A stretch of DNA of 64,000 bases from Ignavibacteriales bacterium (lineage in GTDB: Bacteria > Bacteroidota > Ignavibacteria > Ignavibacteriales > SURF-24), in assembly GCA_036261625.1 (NCBI GenBank), contig DATAKL010000019.1:5185-69184 (forward strand), written 5' to 3'. Positions 34,058 through 43,237 of this stretch are shown piece by piece. The notes beneath the pieces were generated by a model that worked only from the letters and a program-made list of their open reading frames with translations, ran no database searches and had not been told where the DNA came from. Made by a program: the position numbers and the translations under genes. Positions within the stretch are counted from its first letter, which is position 1. Every line of letters begins with the position of its first letter.

Positions 34058-36724
34058 ATGCGAGTACTTGAAAAACGGGCGATGAGAGGACCAAATTACT
34101 GGAGTACCTACTGGAAAAACCTTATACTGATACGTTTGGACCTGGAAGATTATGAACAGAAACCAACAGACCTGATTCCAGGCTTCAGGGAAAGGATTGA
34201 AGAAGCGATCCCCTCCGTCAGGCATCATCAGTGCAGCTACTATCAGGAAGGGGGATTCTTAAGAAGAGTCGCCGAAGGAACCTGGGCAGGCCACGTCATA
34301 GAACATATCGCACTGGAACTGCAGACTCTGGCATCGATGGATACCGGATTCGGCAGAACTCGCGCCACTGCAACACCCGGAGTTTACAACGTAGTATTCA
34401 ATTATTTTGAAGAAGAATGCGGCCTTTATGCCGCCGATGCAGCCGTGGAGGTCTTCTTAGGCATTGCTGAAGGAATGCCGATGGAACTCCTGATGGAAAT
34501 GATAGCTCAGCATGTAAAGAAGCTGGTAGAGATCAGGGAAGATGTACGCCTGGGGCCCAGCACTTCGGCCATTGTAAATGAAGCTTTGGAGCGCGGCATT
34601 CCTTATCTCAGGCTTAATGATTCCTCTCTTGTGCAGCTCGGCTATGGAATTCATCAGCAGAGGATTGAAGCTGCCTCAACCGGCAGAACAGGCATCATTG
34701 CCGTGGAACTTGCAGGCGATAAGAATCAGGCCAAAAAGCTCCTTTCCTTTCACGGTATTCCTGTCCCCTTAGGCAAAGTTGTTGAAGAAGAACCGGAACT
34801 TGAGTATGCACTCAGCCAGACCGGTTTTCCAGCTGTCATAAAGCCGCTCGACTCGAATCAGGGAAAGGGAATAACCCTTAACCTTTACAGCCTGGATACC
34901 GCACTTCTGGCGTTCAGTGAGGCAAAGGAGTTTTCAGAAAAAGTAATAGTTGAAAAGCAGCTTATCGGGCGCGACTTCAGGGTGCTCATTGTAGATAATA
35001 AATTTGTGGCTGCTGCCGAAAGAATTCCGGCTCACATTGTGGGAGACGGCATACATACGGTCAGTCAGCTCGTTGAAATTGTTAACCAGGACCCCTGGCG
35101 CGGCAACGGGCACGTTAATAATCTGACTCGCATTAATATTGACGGGCATACACTAAAACTCCTGAAAGAAAAAAACTATACACCGGATACTGTTCTTAAC
35201 TTAGGCGAGATCTGCTTTTTGAAATCAACAGCAAACCTTTCCACCGGAGGAACCGCAATCGACAGGACGGATGAGGTGCATCCAGGTAACGTTTTTCTTT
35301 TTGAAAGGGCTGCAAGAATAATCGGCCTTGATATTGCAGGGCTCGATATAATTGCCCCTGATCTTTCGACCCCGTTAGTTGAAAACGGCGGCGGCATTGT
35401 TGAAGTAAATGCAGCCCCCGGCCTGCGCATGCATACTTGCCCCTCAATCGGCAAAAAACGCAATGTGGCAAAAAATATTATTGACATGCTCTATCCTCCC
35501 GGAGCTCCTTCCAGAATTCCAATTATATCGGTTACGGGAACAAACGGCAAAACCACAACCACACGCCTTATTGCACACATTTTGAGGAATGCAGGGCAGA
35601 TGGTGGGCTTTACTACAACTGACGGCATATACATAGACAACCACATGGTTGAAAAAGGGGATGATACAGGCCCCATATCAGCCAGGAAAGTCCTCAGCGA
35701 TTCTTCTGTTGAAGTGGCAGTTCTTGAGACTGCCCGAGGCGGCATACTGCGCTCAGGTTTAGGCTTCGACAGCTCTAGTATCGGCATTGTCTTAAATGTT
35801 ACGGCAGACCACCTGGGGCAGAAGGATATTTATACTCTTGAGGATATAGCAAAGGTTAAGGTGGTTGTTCCGATGAGCGTCTCAAAGGACGGTTATGTAA
35901 TACTCAATGCAGACGACCCGCTGGTCTACAACATGAGGCACGATGTGCTGGGAAAAGTCTGCCTCTTCAGCATGAAAAAAGACAACCCCCGTGTACTGGA
36001 CCACATAGCCCGTGGAAACCTGGCCTGCATTGCCGAAAACGGCTACGTAACACTGGCAAGGGGAGACCTGAGACTGAGAGTTGAAAGGATTGAGAATATC
36101 CCTCTTACATTCTCGGGCCGGGCTTTATTTAATGTGCAGAACGTTCTGGCAGCAACAATGGCGGCTTTTGTTCACGACGTGGATTTGAAGATGATTAAAA
36201 AAGGGCTCAATTCATTCAAGCCCACACCTGAAAATGTTCCGGGCAGAATGAACCTGATTGAAATGGGAAACTTTACCGTTCTTGTCGACTACGCTCACAA
36301 CCCCTCGGGCTTTATGGGCTTGTATAAATTCTTCTGCCGCTTTCCTCATCCGGTTAGAACAGGCATCTTCGGCGGCACAGGAGACAGGCGCGACGAGGAC
36401 ATTTTCCTTCTCGGCCGCATGGCCAGCCGCATGTTTACAAGAGTTGTAATTAAAGAGGATAAGGAACGCCGCGGCCGCAGACCGGGCGAGATGACTAAAC
36501 TTATTACTGACGGCATACACAGCAAAAGAAATAATATGGAAATTCATACCATCCCCAAAGAGGAAGAGGCGATTTTGTACGGGCTTGATACTGCTTCGGA
36601 AAATGAACTGATGGTTGTACTTGTAGATGACGTTCAGGCAGTCTTAAAACTGCTCAATGAAAAGAAAAAAGAAATGGCCTTAAAGCAGGCTTACAAAACC
36701 TCTCTTATTGTTCAGACAAAGTGA
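34058..36724 (+). CDS. cphA: cyanophycin synthetase (CphA1-type: N, ATP-grasp and Mur-ligase-like domains)
   Basis: 888 aa with an N-terminus (MRVLEKRAMRGPNYWS) typical of CphA. ATP-grasp blocks are VIKPLDSNQGKGITL, DFRVLIVDNKFVAAAER and IVEVNAAPGLRMH. The M domain has the P-loop VTGTNGKTTTTRL and DYAHNPSG. Confidence 0.95.
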   Translation: MRVLEKRAMRGPNYWSTYWKNLILIRLDLEDYEQKPTDLIPGFRERIEEAIPSVRHHQCSYYQEGGFLRRVAEGTWAGHVIEHIALELQTLASMDTGFGRTRATATPGVYNVVFNYFEEECGLYAADAAVEVFLGIAEGMPMELLMEMIAQHVKKLVEIREDVRLGPSTSAIVNEALERGIPYLRLNDSSLVQLGYGIHQQRIEAASTGRTGIIAVELAGDKNQAKKLLSFHGIPVPLGKVVEEEPELEYALSQTGFPAVIKPLDSNQGKGITLNLYSLDTALLAFSEAKEFSEKVIVEKQLIGRDFRVLIVDNKFVAAAERIPAHIVGDGIHTVSQLVEIVNQDPWRGNGHVNNLTRINIDGHTLKLLKEKNYTPDTVLNLGEICFLKSTANLSTGGTAIDRTDEVHPGNVFLFERAARIIGLDIAGLDIIAPDLSTPLVENGGGIVEVNAAPGLRMHTCPSIGKKRNVAKNIIDMLYPPGAPSRIPIISVTGTNGKTTTTRLIAHILRNAGQMVGFTTTDGIYIDNHMVEKGDDTGPISARKVLSDSSVEVAVLETARGGILRSGLGFDSSSIGIVLNVTADHLGQKDIYTLEDIAKVKVVVPMSVSKDGYVILNADDPLVYNMRHDVLGKVCLFSMKKDNPRVLDHIARGNLACIAENGYVTLARGDLRLRVERIENIPLTFSGRALFNVQNVLAATMAAFVHDVDLKMIKKGLNSFKPTPENVPGRMNLIEMGNFTVLVDYAHNPSGFMGLYKFFCRFPHPVRTGIFGGTGDRRDEDIFLLGRMASRMFTRVVIKEDKERRGRRPGEMTKLITDGIHSKRNNMEIHTIPKEEEAILYGLDTASENELMVVLVDDVQAVLKLLNEKKKEMALKQAYKTSLIVQTK

Positions 36725-36779
36725 GACTCAAACTGCCAATGAGAGGAAATAATGAACTGAGAACAAAAGGATATTCAAT

Positions 36780-38489
36780 ATGCAGTACTATGCACTGGCA
36801 ACAGACTACGACGGCACGCTTGCAAAAGACGGACGCGTGGAAGGACAAACCCTGGAGGCTCTTAAACGTTTTCAGGCCTCGGGGCGCAAACTCGTTCTTG
36901 TTACCGGACGTGAACTTGATGAACTGATGGAGGTTTTTCCCGAACATGAGCTTTTCGACCTTATTGTAGCTGAAAACGGGGCTCTGCTCTACAGACCTTC
37001 TGCAAAGGAGGAGAAGATTTTGGGCAGGGTTCCTCCCGAACTTTTTGTAAGTGAACTGCACAAAAGGGGAGTTGAACGCATGTCGGTCGGCCGCGTTATT
37101 GTGGCTACATGGAGGCCGTTTGAGACAACTGTGCTCGAGGTAATACGCGATCTGGGGCTTGAGCTCCAGATGATCTTTAACAAGGATGCCGTTATGGTGC
37201 TCCCTACGGGTATCAATAAGGCAACAGGCCTAAAGGCGGGTCTAAAGGAACTGGGGCTCTCGCCTCACAACGTGGCCGCGATAGGTGATGCAGAGAACGA
37301 CCATGCATTCCTAAGACTCTGCCAGTGTTCGGCTTCAGTTGATAATGCACTCCCGATGCTTAAGGAAACCTCCGACGTGGTAATGAGGTCAGGCCACGGC
37401 AAAGGTGTATGCGAATTTATAGATATGATCTTGAAAGACGACCTTTCGGGATTGGAATTTGGCCTGAAGAAGAACATGATCTCTATCGGCTCTGAAAGCA
37501 GCGGTAAGGAGGTTTTAATCAGGCCTGCCGAAAGTCTTCTTCTTACAGGCTCCTCCGGCTCAGGCAAGACTACCTTTGCCTCGGCATTCCTTGAGGCGCT
37601 TGAAGAAAAAGAGTACCAATACTGCATAATTGATCCCGAGGGGGATTACATCGATTTTGAAAATGCCGTAATTCTGGGCAGCCCTAAAAGGGAGCCTGCA
37701 ATCGATGAAATAGTGCACGTCCTGGAAAATCCGGAACAAAACTGCATTATTAGCCTTGTCGGCATCAGCGTTGAGCACCGCCCGGAATTCTTTGAGAAGC
37801 TTTTGCCTGCACTCCTGAAAATACGCACCTCAACAGGAAGGCCGCACTGGATTGTAATTGATGAGATACACCACCTTCTGCCTGCCAGCTGGGAGCCCTC
37901 GCACGTTGCAATTCCACGTGAATTCTCGGGTCTCATGATGGTGACGATTCATCCCGATCATATTGCGCCTGAGGTTCTCTCAATTGTAACTTTAGTACTT
38001 GCAGTAGGGCAGAATCCGCAAAAGGCGATAAAGAAGTTCAGTTCAGCGCTTAAGGAAAATCTTCCATCTCTGCCAGAAGAGGAACCAGCCTCAGGACAGG
38101 CAATTGCATGGTGGAGAACGCCTCCAAAGGAGCCTTTCATTTTCAATCCCCTGACTCCAAGTAAGGAAAGAAAGCGCCATTCTATCAAATATGCCGAGGG
38201 TGAACTCCCTCCCGAGAGGAGCTTTTATTTCAGGGGACGCGAGGGCAGGCTTAAGCTGAGGGCGCAGAACCTGATGATTTTTCTCCAGATGGCCGAAGGC
38301 GTTGATGACGAGACCTGGCTGTACCATCTGAAGAAAGGGGATTATTCCTACTGGTTCAGAAATATGATTAAAGATGATGTGCTTGCCGCAGAAGCTGAGG
38401 CTGTTGAGAAAGAGAAAAATATTTCGGCCCGGGAAAGCCGCAGAAAGATAAGAGCAAAAGTCCTATCCCGCTATACGGCTCCTGAATAA
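36780..38489 (+). CDS. HAD-IIB phosphatase fused to a P-loop NTPase domain and a conserved-looking C-terminal domain
   Basis: The HAD motifs are I (ATDYDGTLA, nt ~36804), VTGR and III (GDAENDHAF). The Walker A is TGSSGSGKTT (nt 37548-37571) and the Walker B is HWIVIDEIHH (nt 37848-37865). A C-terminal ~150 aa has no recognised family. The gene starts 55 nt after cphA on the same strand. Confidence 0.8.
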   Translation: MQYYALATDYDGTLAKDGRVEGQTLEALKRFQASGRKLVLVTGRELDELMEVFPEHELFDLIVAENGALLYRPSAKEEKILGRVPPELFVSELHKRGVERMSVGRVIVATWRPFETTVLEVIRDLGLELQMIFNKDAVMVLPTGINKATGLKAGLKELGLSPHNVAAIGDAENDHAFLRLCQCSASVDNALPMLKETSDVVMRSGHGKGVCEFIDMILKDDLSGLEFGLKKNMISIGSESSGKEVLIRPAESLLLTGSSGSGKTTFASAFLEALEEKEYQYCIIDPEGDYIDFENAVILGSPKREPAIDEIVHVLENPEQNCIISLVGISVEHRPEFFEKLLPALLKIRTSTGRPHWIVIDEIHHLLPASWEPSHVAIPREFSGLMMVTIHPDHIAPEVLSIVTLVLAVGQNPQKAIKKFSSALKENLPSLPEEEPASGQAIAWWRTPPKEPFIFNPLTPSKERKRHSIKYAEGELPPERSFYFRGREGRLKLRAQNLMIFLQMAEGVDDETWLYHLKKGDYSYWFRNMIKDDVLAAEAEAVEKEKNISARESRRKIRAKVLSRYTAPE

Positions 38490-38494
38490 ATCCT

Positions 38495-39103
38495 CTAAAT
38501 CAGAAACGGCCTCACCATTTCCATGAACTCCCTTTCCAGCTCTTTGCCGTGATTGTTGTTATACCAGGCCTGCAGGTTCTCATAAAGCTTTTCCCTTGGA
38601 ATATCTTCCAGTTTCCAACTTTGGAACAGCTCCTGCAAGGCCCGCGGGCGGGGCCCCCACCTGTAGAGCTCATTCCAGTTTTTGTCAAAACCGATAAGCT
38701 TCGGTATGCTCCTGGTCCCATTGGTCAGATACTGATCTATGATATCTAAATTTTCATCCCTGAGCAGTATGGCAAGTTCAACTTTCGGGCTGGCGGCGGC
38801 TATCTTTGCAATATACGGCACCGTCTGGGCTGAATCTCCGCACCAGTCCTCTGTTATAACTACCCAGAGATGCTCCTGCGGCAGATTTAAGACAAGATTT
38901 TTTAAGTCATCTGAAACAGAATATACTTTTTCAATTCTCAGACTTCTCTGAAGGTTCAGCCTGGAATATTCAAACTTTTGCAGGAGCTCCTCATCGAACT
39001 GTGTTGCATCAGAGGTAAGCACCCGGATCTTAGTGCGTTCCAGATACTGAGAATATGAGAGCGCCTTGTACAGCCGGTTTGCAATTAATATATTTTCATC
39101 CAT
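38495..39103 (-). CDS. thioredoxin-fold family protein (single-Cys WCGDS motif)
   Basis: 202 aa. VVITEDWCGDSAQTVPYIAK lies at the position of the thioredoxin active site (only one Cys), and RSIPKLI carries the cis-Pro. Its stop is 5 nt from the convergent gene's stop. Confidence 0.68.
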   Translation of the reverse strand: MDENILIANRLYKALSYSQYLERTKIRVLTSDATQFDEELLQKFEYSRLNLQRSLRIEKVYSVSDDLKNLVLNLPQEHLWVVITEDWCGDSAQTVPYIAKIAAASPKVELAILLRDENLDIIDQYLTNGTRSIPKLIGFDKNWNELYRWGPRPRALQELFQSWKLEDIPREKLYENLQAWYNNNHGKELEREFMEMVRPFLI

Positions 39104-39204
39104 TATACTGGTCCTGTGTTTTGTTTAATTTATAATATAATCATAATTTTATGTAAATTATAAAACAAAATCAGTTTTTTGGACAAAGAGAAAGAGCTGT
39201 TCAA

Positions 39205-39567
39205 ATGGACATTGAAAGCTTCAGGCAGTACTGCCTGAAAAAGAAGGGGGCAGCGGAGGATTATCCTTTTAACGAGGAGACGCTTGTCTTTAAGGTTATG
39301 AATAAAATCTTTGCACTTACCCCTCTTGAAAAGATACCTTTAAGTATCAATATTAAGTGCGATCCGGAAAGGGCCCTGGAACTCAGGGAAATGTATGAAT
39401 CTGTGCTTCCGGGGTACCATATGAGCAAAAAGAACTGGATTACTGTTGTAATGGATAATTCCATGCCGGATAAATTATTCAAGGAGCTCGTTGACAACTC
39501 TTACGACCTTGTTGTCCAGGGGTTGAAGAAGTCGGAGAGGATTGCACTTGAAGCACTGAAAGACTGA
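39205..39567 (+). CDS. MmcQ/YjbR family protein
   Basis: 120 aa. YCLKKKGAAEDYPFNEETLVFKVMNKIFAL and PGYHMSKKNWITV are characteristic of the family. Confidence 0.8.
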   Translation: MDIESFRQYCLKKKGAAEDYPFNEETLVFKVMNKIFALTPLEKIPLSINIKCDPERALELREMYESVLPGYHMSKKNWITVVMDNSMPDKLFKELVDNSYDLVVQGLKKSERIALEALKD

Positions 39568-39643
39568 AGTGAGCCGGATCCTGGAAGTCTCTTTTCCCGT
39601 AAAAATTTAATTAATAAAATCTGATAATAATGCCGAATAAGCC

Positions 39644-40810
39644 ATGAAAAAAAATCTTGTTACTCTTAGTCTTGTCATTTTATTACCATTTTTAATATTT
39701 AAGAATATTATGGCGCAAAACGAAAAGGAAATTACAATTAACCTCAGGGCTCAGAATGTACCTCAGGGCTCCAAAGTCTTCATTGCAGGAGGGCACCCTC
39801 TCTTTGGAGAGTGGAACCCGGGGAAAGTTGAGCTGAAGAAAAACCCGGATGGCATCTGGACTAAGACATTTCTCTTTACCGAAGGGGAGAGTCTGGAGTT
39901 CAAGTTTACTTTGGGATCCTGGGATAGTGAAGCCCTAAGCAGTGACGGCTCCGTTCCCGGAAACCATACATTTACAGTAAGGACCGACACTTCTCTTACA
40001 TACAGCATCGCCAACTGGAAAAACGGGGAGAATCGCCCGGTTCACGGGCAGATTACGGGAACCGTAAAGTACCACAGGGCTATGACCTGGGAAGGCCTGG
40101 ACCCCAGGGACGTAATCGTTTGGCTTCCGCCAAGCTATGAGAATGAGACTCAGAAGCGCTACCCGGTTCTTTACATGCACGACGGGCAGAATATTATTGA
40201 TCCCAAAACTTCAAGCTTCGGATACGACTGGCAGGCAGATGAGGTTACCGACAGCCTGATTAAAGCAGGGAAGATCGAAGAGATTATTATTGTCGGGATC
40301 AACAATACAAAGGACAGAACTGAAGAATATTCCTACACTGAGCGCGGGCGCTCATATATGCGCTTTATTATAGAAAAGCTGAAGCCTCTTATAGACAGTA
40401 CCTACCGCACACTGCCCGACAGGAACAATACGGCTACGATGGGTTCTTCCATGGGAGGCCTCATTTCATTTATGATGATCTGGGAACATCCGGAGGTGTT
40501 CTCAAAGGCAGCCTGCCTTTCTCCGGCATTTAAGATTCAGGATCTGGATTATCTTCCAAATATCGTTTCTTACCAGGGCACCAAAAAAGAGCTCAGGATT
40601 TATATAGATAACGGCGGAATAGCCTTGGAAAAACGCCTTCTTCCGGGTGTTGATGAAACCGTAAGCCTCCTGAAGTCTAAAGGATATAAAGAAGGCGAGG
40701 ACCTGATGGTTTATTACGACAAAACTGCAGAGCATAATGAACCTGCCTGGGCAAAGAGGCTTCACATACCACTGGAATTTTTATTCGGACTGGATAAAGT
40801 CCACAATTAA
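39644..40810 (+). CDS. secreted esterase (esterase D / enterochelin-esterase-like alpha/beta hydrolase) with N-terminal CBM20-like starch-binding module
   Basis: It has a signal peptide and a CBM20-like module (ITINLRAQNVPQGSKVFIAGGHPLFGEWNPGKVELKKNPDGIWTKTFLF...LEFKFTLGSW). The esterase blocks are YPVLYMHDGQN, the nucleophile elbow MGSSMGG and a late HNEPAW His. Confidence 0.8.
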   Translation: MKKNLVTLSLVILLPFLIFKNIMAQNEKEITINLRAQNVPQGSKVFIAGGHPLFGEWNPGKVELKKNPDGIWTKTFLFTEGESLEFKFTLGSWDSEALSSDGSVPGNHTFTVRTDTSLTYSIANWKNGENRPVHGQITGTVKYHRAMTWEGLDPRDVIVWLPPSYENETQKRYPVLYMHDGQNIIDPKTSSFGYDWQADEVTDSLIKAGKIEEIIIVGINNTKDRTEEYSYTERGRSYMRFIIEKLKPLIDSTYRTLPDRNNTATMGSSMGGLISFMMIWEHPEVFSKAACLSPAFKIQDLDYLPNIVSYQGTKKELRIYIDNGGIALEKRLLPGVDETVSLLKSKGYKEGEDLMVYYDKTAEHNEPAWAKRLHIPLEFLFGLDKVHN

Positions 40811-40882
40811 AATACATTATAAATTTTTCTTCGTGCCGGGCGAGGGAGGGCTCTCTCCCGGCAAAATTATCTCCTGGAATCT

Positions 40883-41095
40883 TTAATCAGGTTTCTTATT
40901 TCCCGTTTTTCTTGCCCTGTAGAGTCTGATTGCTCTTATAATTCCGAAAGCATTCATTGCAATCAGAACGCCAATTAACAGCCAGCTGATTTTCCCGGTA
41001 TTCTCATAGGTTTGAATTACACTAATTATAACCAATGCCGTGGAAATGAAAAACAGCCCCAAAGACATTACCGGATTTGATCTTGGATTATTCAT
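40883..41095 (-). CDS. hypothetical small two-TM membrane protein (70 aa)
   Basis: The ATG at 41095 lies inside the last codons of rsmI (minus strand ...CCAAATGAATAA), a translational-coupling geometry. There are two hydrophobic helices and a basic tail (RLYRARKTGNKKPD). The listed start at 41143 would overlap rsmI by 56 nt. Confidence 0.45.
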   Translation of the reverse strand: MNNPRSNPVMSLGLFFISTALVIISVIQTYENTGKISWLLIGVLIAMNAFGIIRAIRLYRARKTGNKKPD

Positions 41096-41786
41096 TTGGC
41101 TCCTTCTCTGTTTTCCAGCCCATGGGGGCAATGACAACAACAAATTCCCCTTTAGTAACTTTTGTTTGTAATCCGCTTAAGAGCTCCCCGGGCTTTCCGC
41201 GCCAGCATTCCTCAAACTTCTTCGTCAGCTCGCGCGTTACAACAACGTAGCGTTCAGGCATGTATTCGTATAATTCCTCCAGGAGCTTTTCAATCCTGTA
41301 GGTCGATTCATAAAGTATTATTGTCCTTTCCTCTCCGGCAAGCTGTTTAAGCTTTTTCTGGCGCCCCTTTTTCTGCGGCAGGAAACCTTCAAAGACAAAT
41401 GCATCTGTAGGAAGCCCGCTTAAGCTTAAGGCCGTAATGAGTGCCGTAGCGCCGGGCACGGCTTCAACCTTAATATCCCTTTTAATTGCCGCGGAAATGA
41501 GCCTTACACCGGGGTCTGAAATTGCCGGGGTTCCGGCATCTGAAACCAGTGCACACGATTCACCTCGCCCGATCCTGTCCAGGGCATAACTTAGCTTATT
41601 AGATTCACTCTGTGCATTGAATGAAACGAGCTCTTTCCTGATTTCATAATGGTTTAAGAGGACTGATGTAACCCGTGTATCCTCGCACAGGACGAAATCG
41701 ACCTCCCTGAGCGTTTCAACAGCCCTGAATGTGATATCCTTCAGGTTGCCGATGGGTGTACTTACAATATAAAGTGCCGGATCCAT
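41088..41786 (-). CDS. rsmI: 16S rRNA (cytidine1402-2'-O)-methyltransferase
   Basis: LYIVSTPIGNLKDITFRAVETLREVDFVLCEDTR and SDAGTPAISDPG are RsmI signatures. The ATG at 41786 is preferred over the listed start at 41855. Confidence 0.9.
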   Translation of the reverse strand: MDPALYIVSTPIGNLKDITFRAVETLREVDFVLCEDTRVTSVLLNHYEIRKELVSFNAQSESNKLSYALDRIGRGESCALVSDAGTPAISDPGVRLISAAIKRDIKVEAVPGATALITALSLSGLPTDAFVFEGFLPQKKGRQKKLKQLAGEERTIILYESTYRIEKLLEELYEYMPERYVVVTRELTKKFEECWRGKPGELLSGLQTKVTKGEFVVVIAPMGWKTEKEPNE

Positions 41787-41875
41787 AGTAATTGTGATTC
41801 CTGTAAATAACTTACCCTTTAAAATGATAACGGCTCCACAGTGGAGCCGTACCATGCAAGTAGTTTAGTTAGTGA

Positions 41876-43237
41876 TTATAAGTTCGATTTCATCAAATAT
41901 AATACTTTTTCAATAATTTTCAAACCCTCATTTATTTCCGCTCCCGTAATGGCCAGTGACGGTCTGAAGCGGATGGAGTGCTCTCCGCAGGGAAGTATGA
42001 GCAGTTTGTTGAGATAGCACAAATTGAGGAATTCCTTCCTGAGTTCCACACTCGGCAGGTCGAAGGAGCACATGAGTCCCAGACCCCTTACGTTTGAGAT
42101 GAGCCCTGGGTTGTCTTCCTGCAGGTTGTAGAGCTGATCCAGGAGGACCTTGCCCTGAAGTTCAGCATTTTCGACGAGGTTATCCTCTTCAATTATCTCC
42201 AGGTTCCTCTTTGAGCGGACCATGTCAACCAGGTTGCCGCCCCAGGTTGAATTAATGCGGCTGGATTTGCGGAAGCAGTGCTCCTCAATGTCGTCTATCC
42301 TGTCGGAGACCATAATGCCGCAGATCTGCATTTTTTTACCGAAAGATACGATATCAGGGTTCACATAGTGCTCATGAGCCCACATTTTGCCTGTTATGCC
42401 TATACCTGTCTGTACTTCGTCATACATTAAGAGTATATCGTTTTCATCGGCAATTTCCCTGAGTTTCATGTGGAATTCCTTGCGGAAGAAATTATCGCCC
42501 CCTTCGGCCTGTATAGGTTCAATTATAATTACAGCTATATCGTCGGGATTATTCTTAATTGCTGCATAAATTTCGTTTACGGCCTCTTCTTCTAATTTAA
42601 TTACCTCGTCGAGGTTCTCAGAAAGAGGCCATTTAATCTTCGGGTTAACGATTCTGGGCCATTTGAATTTCGGGAAATACATGATCTTATTAGGATCTGT
42701 ATTTGTAAGCGACATGGTGTATCCGCTTCTGCCGTGGAAAGCCTCCTTGAAGTGGATTACCTGCTGCCCTTTTTCTTCTTTTATCCCTTTTTTGAAGTTT
42801 TTCCTGACTTTCCAGTCGAATGCCACTTTAAGGCCGTTTTCCACGGCCAGGCTTCCGCCGTCTATAAAGAAAAGGTACTTAAAATGATCAGGCACGGCAG
42901 TGCGGCTGAATGTATCGACAAATTCGGCCATTTCAACCGTATAAAGGTCGGAGTTTGAAGGTTTGTTTAATGAAGCGATATAGCCGATTTTTTCTCTGAA
43001 TTCGGGATTGTTAAGCTTCGGGTGGTTAAGCCCTACGGGGGAGGATGCAAAGAAGCTGAAGAAATCCAGATAAGCTTCTCCGGTTCTGGCGTCAACGAGG
43101 TGGTTTCCGTAGCTGCGGCCGGGATCAAAGACCAGATCAAAGCCGTCGACGAGCATTTTCTTTCTAAGGACTTCGTGAACTGTTTCAGCGCTGATGCTTT
43201 CGAATGAAAGATTTGTATTTAAGATAGCTGTACTCAT
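41876..43237 (-). CDS. lat: L-lysine 6-transaminase (class-III PLP aminotransferase)
   Basis: The N-terminal block LVDGFDLVFD..SYGNHLVDARTGEAYLDFFSFFASSPVGLNHP, DEVQTGIGITGKMWAHEH and SFGKKMQ (PLP lysine) fit Lat better than other class-III enzymes. The ATG at 43237 (MSTAIL) is preferred. Confidence 0.8.
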   Translation of the reverse strand: MSTAILNTNLSFESISAETVHEVLRKKMLVDGFDLVFDPGRSYGNHLVDARTGEAYLDFFSFFASSPVGLNHPKLNNPEFREKIGYIASLNKPSNSDLYTVEMAEFVDTFSRTAVPDHFKYLFFIDGGSLAVENGLKVAFDWKVRKNFKKGIKEEKGQQVIHFKEAFHGRSGYTMSLTNTDPNKIMYFPKFKWPRIVNPKIKWPLSENLDEVIKLEEEAVNEIYAAIKNNPDDIAVIIIEPIQAEGGDNFFRKEFHMKLREIADENDILLMYDEVQTGIGITGKMWAHEHYVNPDIVSFGKKMQICGIMVSDRIDDIEEHCFRKSSRINSTWGGNLVDMVRSKRNLEIIEEDNLVENAELQGKVLLDQLYNLQEDNPGLISNVRGLGLMCSFDLPSVELRKEFLNLCYLNKLLILPCGEHSIRFRPSLAITGAEINEGLKIIEKVLYLMKSNL

